Assembly (NCBI GenBank): GCA_009859145.1
Contig: VRVR01000002.1
Span: 192,304 to 256,303, forward strand
Origin: Andalucia godoyi And28
Taxonomy: Eukaryota > Protista > Jakobida
Direction of reading: 5' to 3'
Length of the DNA: 64,000 nucleotides
The position numbers were made by a program, and so were the translations under genes. A model generated the notes under the pieces. The model searched no databases. It saw nothing but the letters and a program-made list of their open reading frames with translations, and was not told the DNA's origin. This document shows, piece after piece, positions 11,692 through 24,868 of the stretch (position 1 is its first letter; each line of letters starts with the position of its first letter).

Positions 11692-14614
11692 TGTCCTCTT
11701 CTGCACCTTGATGATCGGTTTTCTGCTGCGTATTCTCTGCAGCCGGAGGGTTCGCGTTACCAGGCATGGGCGAAAGTGAAATATCCACGTCCTCGAATTC
11801 GGATTCGGCTTTCAACGGAATTCCGTATTCAGGGTCGGATGAAAGTCGAACAAAACCTTCTCCAGAAGATGCCACGGTGTAGCGATGCCCCGAGGCATCG
11901 TTCACACGGAGACCACCACGGTTCATGTTGAAAGAATACTCAAGATCCGATGGGGATAGCGCTACAGAATGGCAACTGACGGTAGCTCGCAAGCTCCTGA
12001 TCGTTACCGTACCGCTCATGACAGTGCCAACTCCCCGAACAGCGATGGTCTGCACTCCGATGTTGACCTCCGTTGTCGGCAAGCCCTCCTTTTCGACATG
12101 AAGGATTCCGGTAGAGCTGTACAGCCACGTTCTGGTTCCATCAGCGTATTGCCGCATCACAACACTTGCGGAAGGATACTCAACAAACATTGTCAGATCC
12201 TCTCGTGAGTACACAATAGACGAGGTCTCGATGTCGAGGTTCTGCGCCACATCCAACGACGAAAGGGATTCGGATTTCACAACAAGTTTCTCTTCGACCG
12301 GCGGATCTGACGAACCCCCTTGTGCTGAGTCGGTAGCGGAAACTTGGTCGCGAGAAACTTGGACGGGTACCTCGGTGCGACGAACTCTTGATCCCGTTGC
12401 ACTTGTGAGGATCCACTCATTGCAACTGGCTCCACGAGAGAGCAGTATGGAACCGTCGGGAAGATACGCTTTCCGAGAGCCATCCCTGTTTTGAACCACT
12501 ATACGACCATCGGAAAATATGGTTCGTGCTTCCTCAGCCCTCTGCGTGACATCAGAAAACCACAGGGTCACAGAACCAGCTGAAGACAGCGATGCATGAT
12601 ATCCTTTCTTCATATCCGAATAGCACAGTTCGTGATGCACTGGATGCGATTCAGCAGACTCGGTAGCAGAAAATCGCCGAGCTTCCACAAACGTGTCGTC
12701 TTCAAATGACACCAACAATGCAACATCATTCGTCGAAAACAGGTCCGCATCTCGCGGAACGTACTTCTTGGGACGAGCCATCTGTGAACTCGCATTGTCA
12801 ATGCTGGATCTCGAAATCAATTGACGAGCCACTACCCCCGCCGGGAACACTACAGAAACATTGCTGCGCAATCCATCCGTGGTCGACAATACGCGAATCA
12901 ACGAACCATCGGAAGGATATAGAATCGACAACCGAGTGCTGATTTCCGCAGCAACAGAAGAGGCAACAAAATACTCAGAGCCTCCAGTGCCCGAGAAGCC
13001 CGTCAGCCGAATTCGAGGCACAGAAGGAGCAGTACCCTCATCGTACTCATCTCCGACCGTTTCCTCGGCCTTGTTGTTCCTTTCCTCCGTCCAATCACGG
13101 AAAAACGGGTATGATTTGAGCGGAATGCTTAAGCTGCATGATGACATGCGGGAATTTGGGACTTCAACGTTTAGCAGAAGGATCATCTGGTCCAAAATCG
13201 GATTGTACGACACGACTTCAGTCGAGGCAAACAGCAGCTTTGCACGAGCGGCGGCAATCGCGTCCCGTAGCCCCCCGACAGACAGGTACTCTACAACGGA
13301 ATGCGAAAACAGCTGATGAAGACCGTGCGAAAATCCTTGTTTCGCCGCCGCCTGATGCGCCAACGAGAGAGCCAAAGCGACTTGCAGCTGAACAGGAGTC
13401 ATTGAATCTGGAAGGAAAGAGCGGAATTCCGTAAGAACCGATGAAGGAGGAGGAGAGGATGGGAAGGAAGGAGGAGAAAATTGCAAGGGATAGCTTGCAA
13501 AGAGCTCGTTTTCCAGAGATGTATGTTGTTCCCCAGGCCAGACTGCGATTCGTCGCCCCTTGCTTCCGGAAGCTCGCGAAGCACCAGCACTGCTTGGTGA
13601 GCCAGCAGACACGCTTCCTACAACGGACAGCTTTGAATTCATTGTCAGATCGAAAAATGATGAAATCAGTTCACTGGGCGTATCTTCGGCAATCTGCTCC
13701 ATCTCCAACACGCGCAGCAAGGAGTCCACAACTGCAACAATCGGCTCCTCCGCAGACCGGCTCAAAGTTTGACGATATCTTTCCATGACCAAATCCGACG
13801 GAGACACAAAATCTGGGACCGTGACGATTCTTGTGGTGCTGAGGAATTTTGCGTATCGTGCCTTTGCATCGATGACGTCCTCGACTGCAGACCGTATCCC
13901 TGCTGTATCCTTGGGCTGGAAATGCTGGATGATCACATGTCGCAGCTTTTCACTGTCTCCCGTCTTTTCAAATTCTGCAATTGACTTGTACGGCTCCAGT
14001 GTGGCTGACTGCGCGCTGTCTTCTGGGTCTGCAACCGCCAGCATATCAACCCGCAACACCGATCCATTCAACGCATACAGTAATCCAGCTGCGTTTGAAA
14101 ACAGCTGCTTCAAATAGATGACAAAATCCAGCTGGAAGATCTGATCGGCCTCCTCCTCTTCTTTTTGGTCTACTGCATCTGCATCTGCCTCTGCCTCTGC
14201 CTCTGCCTCTGTCTCTGCATCTGCCTCTGCTTCCAGTCTTTCCCGCTCAAGCTTCTCGCGCTCTAACCTGGCCTCCTCTTCGAACTGGCACTGCTTGGAA
14301 GCAACGAACAGCACAAGTGCATTGTAGACATCCTTTGCATGAACATCCAAAGCATCGAACGCAACAGGTGGATGGACACCTGGATTGGCGGCAAGAAACG
14401 CGCTAAGCACAGATCGATCAACAACAATCTGTGACTTTTCGGTTGCGCTGAAAGAATGCTGGAAATCGGTGCCCACGACACTGAAAACCGCACAGCGAAG
14501 TTGCTTCACCACAGCTTCCGCAGATGAAAGACGTGATTGCTGGTCCTCATTCAGAACACAAGCCGGAGTTGGCGGCGGTGCCTCCGGTTCTTTCGGAACG
14601 TTCTTTGGGGGCAT
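9908..14614 (-). CDS. Large flagellar protein, SPAG17/PF6-like (central-pair projection), with C-terminal ASH/PapD-like domain
   Basis: 1568-aa intronless ORF. LYPSDGSLIRV and FSDGRI/LPDGSI repeats resemble SPAG17. C-terminal LRFGTVPEGRVYRMSFQLSNVG...YSPGPLAPGMSRQVDVE is an ASH-type Ig fold. Confidence 0.6.
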
Positions 14615-15013
14615 CGCGAAACACGCTTGTTATTATTATTATTTTTTTTCTCTGACCTTTTCTTTGTTTATAAAAGATTAGTCAGTGATGGTGGCACTGA
14701 TGATGAGAGTAGTGATGATGACCTGGTTTTTTACAAAAACGAAAATATTAATTGCAACAGCAGAAACAAAGAGAAAAAAAGACGTCGATGACGAAGAAAT
14801 GGAAACGGGAAATCCACACAAGCTGGCGAAAGGCCCTTCAAACGGCCGGGCATTTTTTACAGCCGCTGGACAGGACCCTCGGTCGTGTCCGTCTGTAGCA
14901 AAGTGAATGAGAGGGGTGGCTCTTGTGGCTCTTGCGCCTTTTGGAACGTTTCGACCGTCGTCATGACGAGATGGGAAGGAGTGGGGAATCAGCGATAGAT
15001 CCACAAAACAGGA

Positions 15014-15508
15014 CTACTGTTTATTTGCCAAGAGGTTGTCGAGGCGATCATAGGACGCCGCAACGCCCTTTTCCATATCGGACTTCATGACGAGATCTCG
15101 AGCTTCTTGGGAGTCGTACGTAATGGTTGCTGAGAAGGCGGTAGTAGAGGGACCTGCTTCTTTGAGTGCAGTGGAAATGACCGCAGTTCCAGGATACCAC
15201 GCTTGGTCAAACTTCTCGGTATGCACCAAATGCGTTGGCGGTTCGATCCGCGTGTACGTTCCCTCAACACCCATTCGACTTGTGGGATCATCCTCGCTTC
15301 CCCAAACATACCGGTACTTTCCCCCGATGCGAAAGTCGATATTGCACACAGGCATGGTCCCTGCAGGAGGCCCGAGAAGCCACTTGGACACCAAGGAAGG
15401 GTTCGTCAGTGCTTCATACACATCAGAAGGAGTCGCCCAGAAGACTCGAGTCATGACGATCTCGCGGTCTCCAGAAGCACGTATTTGCAGTTTGGCAGGC
15501 GTTTGCAT
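15014..15508 (-). CDS. SRPBCC/AHSA1-like (CalC/Aha1-like) ligand-binding protein, bacterial type
   Basis: ATG at 15508 (the track starts at an upstream TTG). DREIVMTRVF, W.LGP...MPVC.IDFRIGGKYRYVW and ME.GVAASYDRL match bacterial SRPBCC proteins. Confidence 0.85.
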   Translation of the reverse strand: MQTPAKLQIRASGDREIVMTRVFWATPSDVYEALTNPSLVSKWLLGPPAGTMPVCNIDFRIGGKYRYVWGSEDDPTSRMGVEGTYTRIEPPTHLVHTEKFDQAWYPGTAVISTALKEAGPSTTAFSATITYDSQEARDLVMKSDMEKGVAASYDRLDNLLANKQ

Positions 15509-16224
15509 TGCGTTCCTTTTCAAAATATTTCAACTGAGTAGACGCGGCTGCTGGGTACCAGAGATGGGAATTTTTTTTAAATTAAAAAACGGGGGTGGGA
15601 GAGTGAGTGATGCTGCTGTTTCTCACAAAGACGACAACAAACAGCATGTATGAACGCACGAAAAAAACAACAGGGCAAACGAAATGAGAATCCGTGGTGC
15701 TCGCTTGACAACTCCAAGTTCGAGGCTGATTTGGTGGAATGTCCCAAACTGTTCAGCGCTAATTTCTGGGGACCCTGTTTAATTTGTTTTTTTCTTTTTC
15801 CACGCGATGCCAATATACGTGACCCCTTGCCACGCTACGCAAGACGTATGATATTTTCGCAGCAAACCCTTTGATGCTGGGTCACCGCAGGGGCGCGTCC
15901 ACTTCCACAGCCTCGCACCATGCGGGACGAGAACCAAGTCCCACTCGACCAAAGGCGCATGAATCAGGATTCATCAGCAGATCCGCAACCTGACGACGGA
16001 CACGCATCGCAAGCTTGCAATGTAGTTAATTATAATTAATCATTAAAAAAAGAAGCATCGTCATGAATCAAAGTCCACAGGAACTGGGAGTGAATTGATT
16101 TTCTGGATGCTCATCTTTGAACTGTGTGGTGTTCATTTTACAAGGAACTGAGAACTGGGAACTGGGAAATCAAAAATAAAAGAGTGAACAACCGTCCGAC
16201 AACTGAAACGAAGAGTCTCAGTTC

Positions 16225-16267
16225 ATCCGCACATCTCGCGCTTTGGGCTTTCCAAGACATGCATCAT
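16225..16267 (-). promoter_or_regulatory. Eukaryotic SECIS element (form 2) in the selenoprotein 3' UTR
   Basis: Minus strand AUGA-UGCAUGUCUUGG-AAA-GC-CCAAA-GC-G-CGAGAUGUGC-GGAU: UGAU/GGAU core with tandem GA pairs, 10-bp helix II, unpaired AAA and a mini-stem. About 200 nt after the stop codon. Confidence 0.85.
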
Positions 16268-16465
16268 GGGATCCGTCCGTTGATCCAAATCCGAGCAGCC
16301 AGAAACGAGCTGTCCTGGATCTGATCTGATCAACGTCAGGAAAATCGGGGAGCGGTCCAGTGGGACACCATTTGCTTCGAAACCGCAGAAGAAATGACAT
16401 TCTGGAAAAAGAAAAAATCATCTTCCCAAGTGAAGCGAGACCTGCTTCGTCATGCAAGGCTCGCC

Positions 16466-16723
16466 TTAAGCAGTTGCAGTAAGACTCTTGATGGCTGCAA
16501 TGATCTCGTCCGCAGTCGGGAAGCGTCCGCTCTTGAACTTGGACCAGATCACGATGCCTGCATCTGTCGTGATCTCAAATGCTGACGAGCGAGGAGGCTC
16601 GGGATTCATCAGGACACGCACGCCGGGAAGCAGCTTCTGAATGATATCTCCTGCGCTGCGTGCTTTGCCAAAGTAGCCTCAGGCGTTGCAAAACTCGATC
16701 TTGATAGCTTGGATAGCGGACAT
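16466..16723 (-). CDS. Rdx-family (SelW/SelT/SelH-like) selenoprotein, 85 aa, Sec at codon 15
   Basis: MSAIQAIKIEFCNA-U(TGA 16681-16679)-GYFGKARSAGDIIQKLLPGVRVLMNPEPPRSSAFEITTDAGIVIWSKFKSGRFPTADEIIAAIKSLTATA*. CxxU-GY, AFEI and WSK..SGRFP are Rdx motifs; SECIS downstream. Confidence 0.9.
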
Positions 16724-17850
16724 TTTTTTGTTGTAAAGTGAATATAGAACTCTCTTAAGCTTTTACGAAGAACGGAGGGGAAAAAGAAGAGAAAGGGGAA
16801 GAAAGAAAACGGAGAAGGGAAAACAGCATTGAACGACGGTGGGAAACACAAAACTTCAAGTGTCGCTGTGTCACTCTCACCCCTGCATGTGTCGCTGGTG
16901 TCATCCTGACAAGGCCAGCGTGGGCTATTATCGTTTATTACAACTGGCAGCCGTTTTCGGGGTTTTTTTAAGGAGGGGGAGAGCCAGTTGCATGACCCTT
17001 CGACTCTGTGGTCGGTGTTTGCATGTTTTCTTTAAATTACATGTGCGTAGCATGTTGTGTGTTGGGCAGCGAGATGTGTGGGTGGAGTTGAAAAGGTGTT
17101 AATATAATATATATATGTATATATATGTATATATATAATATTTTTTTTTAAAAAGGGGGTGACATGTAGAGAAGAAAAAACCTAACGATTCAAAAAGCTC
17201 GTTGAACGATCTGAAAAAGACGTTTGGAGCTTTCTGGTCTCGTGCTGGTCATAACGACAGCCCGAGAGCGATGGTATTTCAATCCCACGTTTTTAATGTT
17301 AGAGGTGAATGGAAGAGATTCGAACACAGAAAATCGAAAAGGGAAAATAAACCCACGATAAGATTGAATCTCAAACGATAGCCTCGGTTGTTTCTGCAGA
17401 ACGAGAAACAAAACAGAGGAGAAAAAACAAAAAAACACAGATCAGGAAAGTCGGGTCACGCGGTCACGAGATCGCGGACGGACGAGCGGAATCCGCCCTT
17501 GCGGCATTTAATCCTTTTTTGAAACGCAAGGTTTTTTGGAAAAGTTTTCTCCCTGAAAAAACTCGAACTTGATGCATTGATGCTGTGATGCACTTTGAGC
17601 CTGACTGCAATGCTGACGTCAATATGCACGTCACATTTTCTCAACAACATTAGTTTCACATGTCTCTGTCGTGCTTTGAGGCATTTTTCTTTTTCTTTTA
17701 TCTATTTTATTATCATTTTTTTAAAGTTTAAAATTAAGTATTTACTTATTTGTTGTTGTCGCTCATTTTGTTTTTGGCTTTTTTATATATTTTTTATTTT
17801 TTTACATTAGCAAGGAGTACTTTCTTGTTTCTTTTTGGGGGAGGAGGAAA

Positions 17851-19626
17851 ATGTCAGACGCCGTCACATTGAAGGATAAGGGCAATGCAGCTTTTTCAGC
17901 AGGCAATTTTGAAGAGGCAATTACGTATTTCTCAAAGGCAATTGAAGCGGACCCGTCGAATCATGTTTTGTACTCGAATCGGTCTGCCTGTTATTCTTCG
18001 TTGAAAGACTTTGAAAAGGCTTTGGATGATGCGGAGCATGTTGTGAAGATCAAGCCTGACTGGGCTCGTGGGTATTCGCGTAAAGGTGCCGCGCTTCATG
18101 GACTTGGACGCTTGCTGGAAGCTGCGGATGTCTATGAAGAAGGTCTGGCGATTGATCCTGGTAACAAGCAGATGTCGGATGCACTTCGTGAAATCGAGTC
18201 TGGACTGCGAGCTGAAGGCGGTGCTGCTGGAGCTCCTGGTGGTGCTGCTGATGGAAAGGACCCCTTTGCATCCATGGGAAATGTGTTCAACGCGGGGTTG
18301 ATTGACAAGCTGCGAAGCGATCCGCAGGGCCGTGCATTGCTTTTGCAGCCGGATTTTGAAGCGAAGCTCAGGATGATTATTGCAAATCCAAAGAGTCTTT
18401 CTGCGCATATGGGCGACCAGAGAATCTTGCAGGCGCTCATGATTGGAATGGGAATCAACGCCCAGTTTGGAAACGCTGGGGACTTTACCGGTAAGGGCGA
18501 TGGAGATGTTCCCATGCGCGACGCTTCCAATGCAGAATCGGAGTATCGGTCGAAGGAGCAGCCGCAGTCTGCAAAGCCGTCCAAGCCAGCGGAGCCCGAG
18601 CTGTCTCCCGAGGAAAAGGAGAAGAAGGATCGCCTAACGAAAGCAGAGGCCCTCAAGGAGGAAGGAAACGCGCTCTACAAGCAAAAGAAGTTTGAGGAGG
18701 CGCTGAAGAGGTACGACGACGCTCTGGAAGTGATGCCGGAGAATGTCGCCTACATGAACAACAAGGCTGCGGTCTACATGGAACAAGGAGACTTTGACAA
18801 ATGCATCAAGGAATGCGAAGACGCAATTGAAAAGGGACGTGCTGTTCGTGCGGACTTCACTGTGATTGCCAAGATCTTTGCACGCATTGGAAATGCGTAT
18901 GCCAAACAAGGCAAGTATGATGAGGCCATTCAGGCGTATAACAAGTCTTTGTTCGAGCATCGTACTTCGGAGGTTGTCAACAAGCTTCATCAAATTGAAA
19001 AGACGAAGAAAGAGGCCGACATCAAGGCGTACCTCAATCCTGAAATTGCTCAGCAAGAGAAGGATCGTGGAAACCAGCTTTTCAAGGATGGAAAGTGGGA
19101 CGAAGCAATTGCTGCATATTCCGAGGCAATCAAGAGGAACCCTGAAGATGCAACGTTTTATTCAAATCGTTCTGCGACATACCTGAAGATTGCGCAGTTC
19201 CATCCCGCATTGCAGGATGCAGACAAGTGCGTGGCACTCAATCCGTCTTTTGCAAAAGGTTGGCTGCGCAAGGGAAATGCACACTTTGGTTTGAAGGAGT
19301 ACCACAAGGCACTGGATGCATTTGACCGCGGAATGCACCTTGATCCCAACATGTCAGAATTGAAGGAAGGCTCTGAACGGGTTCTTCTGGCGTTGCGGAG
19401 GGAGAGTTCGAGTGGACAAGTGGACGAAGAGCGCGCACAGCGATCCCTGTCTGATCCCGAAATCCAGGCAATTCTTCGTGATCCTCAGATCAACATTGCT
19501 TTGCAGAACATGTCGGAGAATCCGCGCTTGGCAGCAGAGTACATGCGTGATCCTGTGATGTCGGCAAAGATCAATAAGTTGATTGCTGCAGGTGTCTTGC
19601 GAACGGGCCCCGCCAAACCTGAATAG
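17851..19626 (+). CDS. STI1: Hsp70/Hsp90 organising protein STI1/HOP
   Basis: Three TPR clusters (KDKGNAAF, KEEGNALY, KDRGNQLF) plus DP domains (DPEIQAILRDP). Confidence 0.95.
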   Translation: MSDAVTLKDKGNAAFSAGNFEEAITYFSKAIEADPSNHVLYSNRSACYSSLKDFEKALDDAEHVVKIKPDWARGYSRKGAALHGLGRLLEAADVYEEGLAIDPGNKQMSDALREIESGLRAEGGAAGAPGGAADGKDPFASMGNVFNAGLIDKLRSDPQGRALLLQPDFEAKLRMIIANPKSLSAHMGDQRILQALMIGMGINAQFGNAGDFTGKGDGDVPMRDASNAESEYRSKEQPQSAKPSKPAEPELSPEEKEKKDRLTKAEALKEEGNALYKQKKFEEALKRYDDALEVMPENVAYMNNKAAVYMEQGDFDKCIKECEDAIEKGRAVRADFTVIAKIFARIGNAYAKQGKYDEAIQAYNKSLFEHRTSEVVNKLHQIEKTKKEADIKAYLNPEIAQQEKDRGNQLFKDGKWDEAIAAYSEAIKRNPEDATFYSNRSATYLKIAQFHPALQDADKCVALNPSFAKGWLRKGNAHFGLKEYHKALDAFDRGMHLDPNMSELKEGSERVLLALRRESSSGQVDEERAQRSLSDPEIQAILRDPQINIALQNMSENPRLAAEYMRDPVMSAKINKLIAAGVLRTGPAKPE

Positions 19627-19894
19627 GAGGAATGTTTGCGATGAAAATGAAGTTGATGAAGATAATTAAAAAAATTTAAAAAAAACAAACACATAAAAAC
19701 GGGAAGGAGAAAAAATGAAGAGGCGGAAGCATGAGCGAAAACAGCGTGAGAACGCGCAAGCGAAAAAGCCGGGCGAGGCACAACGATTCTGATTTTTTTC
19801 TTCTTTTCTTCTTCCTCATGTCTCTTTACACAATATTACAGCGAGTGACGATTGACGGGAAAGAAGAAACGGTCTAGCACGTGCCCCTTTGTAA

Positions 19895-21646
19895 TTAGAT
19901 GCGTCGACGTTTAATCGACCGGGATGGGGTCGGAGAGTCCGGCATTACGACATCGTTAATCTGCTCCATGTCAAAGCTTGATGTGCCAGTAAATGACACG
20001 GCACGAGTTTGGCGAATCGGTGGCAGGTTTGCCACATCTTGCTTGAACTTGGAGTTCTCCCAACCAGCCCGAACTCGCTTCTTTCCGGAAGACGGGGCAG
20101 CAGGAGACGGGGGAACATTCTCCGCATTGTCTAGAGTGTCCCTCGGAAAGATCGGATCAACATCGGTTTGCGGGGAGACGCTTCTGTTATGAGGAGCGTT
20201 CATGTGAGGAGAATCAATTCCACTTCCAATAAGCATTGATGGAACCGCATCTGCATCCTCTTCGTCAAAATACACATTCTGGACCGGCAGCCTCTTCCGG
20301 GTAGCGGAAACCTTCTCTCTGGACACTGCAGGCCTCGCAGAGTCTGCGGTTGAGTGGACAAAGGCGGTGCCGACAATGGTCGGTATTGTGGAGGAAACAG
20401 GAACAAAGTCGAATACAGCGAAACGAGAAGTGGACTGCGGCACGACAGACAGTGGGGGATTCGGAGATTCCGTCTGTACTCCGACAACAGAACCTTTCGT
20501 TGCGGATGTCTGTTTCCGTGAAACATGAAACGGTTCCAACAGATCAAGATCCTGGTCAACGGCAGCCGCAGGATTGTTCGTCTCCAAACATCCTTTCGCA
20601 CCTCGGGATTTCGAATCACTGCCGCGCTCTTCGTCTTCAAATTGTGCAATCTTCAACGACGGATCAAGCATATTTGCAGATGGGGTCAAAGCAGACGGTG
20701 TCTGTGGATCTGCTTCCATGGCACTGTGGGGTCGGCTGCGGGGCTCGCGAGGATCATCGAACGCCGATGTGCTGGAAACACGTCTGGAGCACTTCAGCGT
20801 CGTCGCTGCCTCGATTTCCTCGTTCGCTGTGTTGAAAGGATCGAGCGAATCTCCAGAAATGATGGGAACGAGGCCATGCGCTGTGTGTCGTGTAGGAGGA
20901 GTCGTGACGTCATCTAGCCGCGACGAGCTGTCCAGAGGAAGCACCACGGTAGACGAGCCAGAACCAGAGCCCCATGAATCCAGGTTAGTCGAAACCGACG
21001 GGTCTGGAAGATCCAAGCGGAATTCGTACGGTACCGATTCCTCGTGGATACCGAGCATGCGTCTACCAAACGAATCCAGTAGATGATACTGCGGAGTCTC
21101 CAAGTCAAACGATTGCAGGAACTCAACCTCCATAGAAGCGAAAATCGAATCCAAGGCAGCATAATTGACTGAGTTTCGAGCAAACTGCAAATGTTTCGCA
21201 TCTGTCTTGCAGTGTTTGTCGATGTCAGTAACCGTAACTCTGCAGATCTCGCAATGCGCTTCCTTTGCCTCACGAACCTCAACGACAGCAACTGCTGCTC
21301 CTGTTCCTGCTCCTGCTCCTGCTCCTGCATTGTTGTTTTGAGACAAGGATTGCTTCTTTCGCTGCGCAATTCTTTGATACAGCGCAATCGTCGACAGACC
21401 AGCACTTCTCGACTTTTCCCATGAATCCCGTGGCTTTCGGAATGGAGATTCCAACGGATGGCCGTCGTGATAAACTCGCGGTAATTCCTGTCCTTTTTGT
21501 GCATCAAACAATTTAACCTGCACTTTGAATCGCAGCGACCGCTCCTCATACATGAAGTACCGAACGGACCCATCAGTGAATGCGGAACGGACGCGAATCG
21601 CCTGATCCATCGCATCGAGCATCGATAGCATCGGTCGTTGTTGTTG

Positions 21647-21677
<31 letters not shown>

Positions 21678-22252
21678 AATGGGACTAAGGAAAGTGGATT
21701 GTTCAACGCTGAAGCGCTGCCTGCATTTCGAGCCAGCTTCTGCAGTTCAAAGTCGATGCGATCATAGATCTTCATTCTCCGCATGTGTCGATCGAAGCGA
21801 TGCCAATCAATCACGACAACCCCATTCTCATGACACGCTTGCAGCATCCTTTTCATTTCCGTCCCCCTTGAGATTCTATTTTGTTCCAGCGCCTTTTTGA
21901 GGTTCTTCCGGCTTGACGCGCTGAGCATGGAAGGGTTTGGCAGACTAGGATCGAAATGTCGTTGCTGTTGCTGCTGCTGTTGTTGTTGAAGCAATGGGTC
22001 TAGTATTTCGGATTCCATAAGCTGGTCATTCGTGTCTTCCAACACACAAATATGAATCATCGAAGCATTAAAGTGTGGAACAAGAGTGCAGTTCAGTTTC
22101 GTCTTCAAAACTGCTGCAAACACATCATACTTTCGAGACAGCCGAGAAACGTACATTGAGCGGCCCAAGTAAATATCGCGTGCTGGATCAGAAACTGAAT
22201 CTTCTACTAATTTTCGAGATACTGGCGGCGCAACCATATTATACAAATCCAT
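19895..22252 (-). CDS. DBF4: DBF4-like Cdc7 kinase regulatory subunit
   Basis: BRCT-like motif N, motif-M-like YFMYEERSLRFK...LP.VY....SPF, and DBF zinc finger HCEICRVTVTDIDKHCKTDAKHLQFARN..NYAALD. Poly-Q tracts; ATG at 22252. Confidence 0.7.
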
Positions 22253-22278
22253 GTCTTCTTTCTCTTCTCTCACTCTCC

Positions 22279-22404
22279 CACTCACAAACACTCCCACTCA
22301 CACACTCACACACTCACACACTCACACACTCACACACTCACACACTCACACACACTCACACGCTCACACACTCACACACACACACACACACACGCTCACA
22401 CACG
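22279..22404. repeat. (CA)n/(CTCACA)n compound microsatellite just upstream of DBF4
   Basis: Tandem cactcaca/cacaca units. Confidence 0.9.
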
Positions 22405-23089
22405 CAGACGCAGAGAGAGTGTGTGAAGAACGGTCTTGAATAATTTTAAAAACGGAAAAGAGAGAGAGAGAGAGAAAGGCTCAAAAAAGATGTTTGAAGT
22501 GAAGAAAACTGTGGAAATGTTTTCAGATATAGAACGTAACTCAGACGACAATGAGCATAGTAATGATGTTATTGTTTTTGTTATATGTTTTTGTTTTTCT
22601 TTTTCTTTTTCTTTTTCTTTTTCTTCTTTTCTTTTCCTGTTCTTTTCGTTTTCTTGAGGAAACCAGAAGATAGAACCAAACAAGGAAATCAAAGAAATCA
22701 AAGAAATCAAAGATAGAAAGAAGAAGAAAATATGGAAAACATTAATTTAAGAAAACAGCAGAGAAAGAAAAACCGAATTTCAATCATGCTCTTTGGGAAA
22801 CCCGCCTTGGAGAAAAATGGTCTTTGAATTTCGAGTCGTGTCAAAAGACCCTGAAAAGGACACAACGAAAAGATTAACGAATAAACACAAAGGGAAATCG
22901 GTTCAGAGGGTTTCCTCTGCCGGATCTTTTCGTGCATCGATGAGTGCGTCATGTTTATGCTTCACTTTATCTTTATATTGTTGATGTGTATGCTTTCTCG
23001 AATGCTATTTTCTCCGTTTAGTTGTGTTTGCAGTTGTTGCTGCATATTGTATATTTTACAGGTGTCCATTAAAGAGTAGGAGAATAGGG

Positions 23090-23838
<749 letters not shown>

Positions 23839-24314
23839 GAAGACCGGCAACCCCGGGACAATGGTTTCCGTTTTCAACTTGCCTTCGCCAATCTCGGTCG
23901 AATTTTTGTAAAGCATTGTACTTATCTTATGTTCCACCAGCCCTACAGCTTTGGATGACGGCTGTCGTCCTCCTTGTTCCCTACTTCTTCTCCATCCGTC
24001 CCAGCAGTTTTTGATCACTGGTGCAGACATCCTTCGTCCCCTTTGCGCGCGGAACCCCGGAATCTATGTCTCGTGCACTCCCTCATGCAAAAGACTATCG
24101 TACTTCACTTGACACACCGACGCTCGACACTAGACGCTTCACGGAATTAATTACTTGAAGTTCGAGTTCATATAGTATCATTCAAACAGGGGTATATAAC
24201 TCCATTTTATCTTCAGTAACCAGCTGAGACGTTTTTTGTTTTTGTTTTCTTGTTTAGCAATTTATCCCAAAAAGAAATCTGTAATCCCATCTCCAAAAAG
24301 CACCATCTACAACC

Positions 24315-24662
24315 ATGACTGACCAGCATCGCGAAACCTTCACTGAAAAGATTCAGCATGTCGCAGAGAACGTGGGCACGAAGCTGCGCGACACCTTCCA
24401 TCTCAACAAGGAGACCTCAACAGAAGCGCATCCAACCTCGGAAGCCGGAACGCAGGAAAGCTTCGGAGCCAAGCTGAAGGGCTTTGTGACAGGTAACACA
24501 GAGACGGCGCGGTCGGACAACCCGTTCGCAACTTCTGGTTCGTCCCTTGGCGTCGACGTTCCTCCTGGCAGCACCGCGACCAGCACGTTTTATGGATCGG
24601 AGTACCAGTCAGAGCCCGCTCATCGCATCCACTCCGAGTCCGAGCAGCTCCCACGCCCCTGA
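24315..24662 (+). CDS. Small hydrophilic hypothetical protein (LEA/stress-protein-like composition)
   Basis: 115-aa ATG ORF flanked by AT-rich spacers; two related segments (TFTEKIQ / SFGAKLK); TATATAA at 24193-24199. Confidence 0.55.
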   Translation: MTDQHRETFTEKIQHVAENVGTKLRDTFHLNKETSTEAHPTSEAGTQESFGAKLKGFVTGNTETARSDNPFATSGSSLGVDVPPGSTATSTFYGSEYQSEPAHRIHSESEQLPRP

Positions 24663-24868
24663 TAAGGGAAATCAGTAAATAGCTTCTGACCCACTTGAAT
24701 GTCCTTAGTAATTTGCGCTGTCGTCCACGATCCCCAAGTGCGGGAAGGAGGTGGGGGAAAAAAAACACAATTTACAGTATAAATGACAAAATCATCAAAG
24801 AAATCAAAAAGGAAGGAAGAAGAAGAAACAGCAAAAGTAACCCACGGCTCTACTGATCTCGTGCAGTC

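Noticed and set aside
15820-16010. GC-rich intergenic patch with small hairpins (GTGACCC/GGGTCAC, GGGAC/GTCCC, ATGAAT/ATTCAT), a CTGATGA on the minus strand and AAACCCT
   Set aside because: No GAAA after the putative stem II, so not a hammerhead ribozyme. AAACCCT is too short for a telomerase template. SRP and RNase MRP consensus boxes are incomplete.
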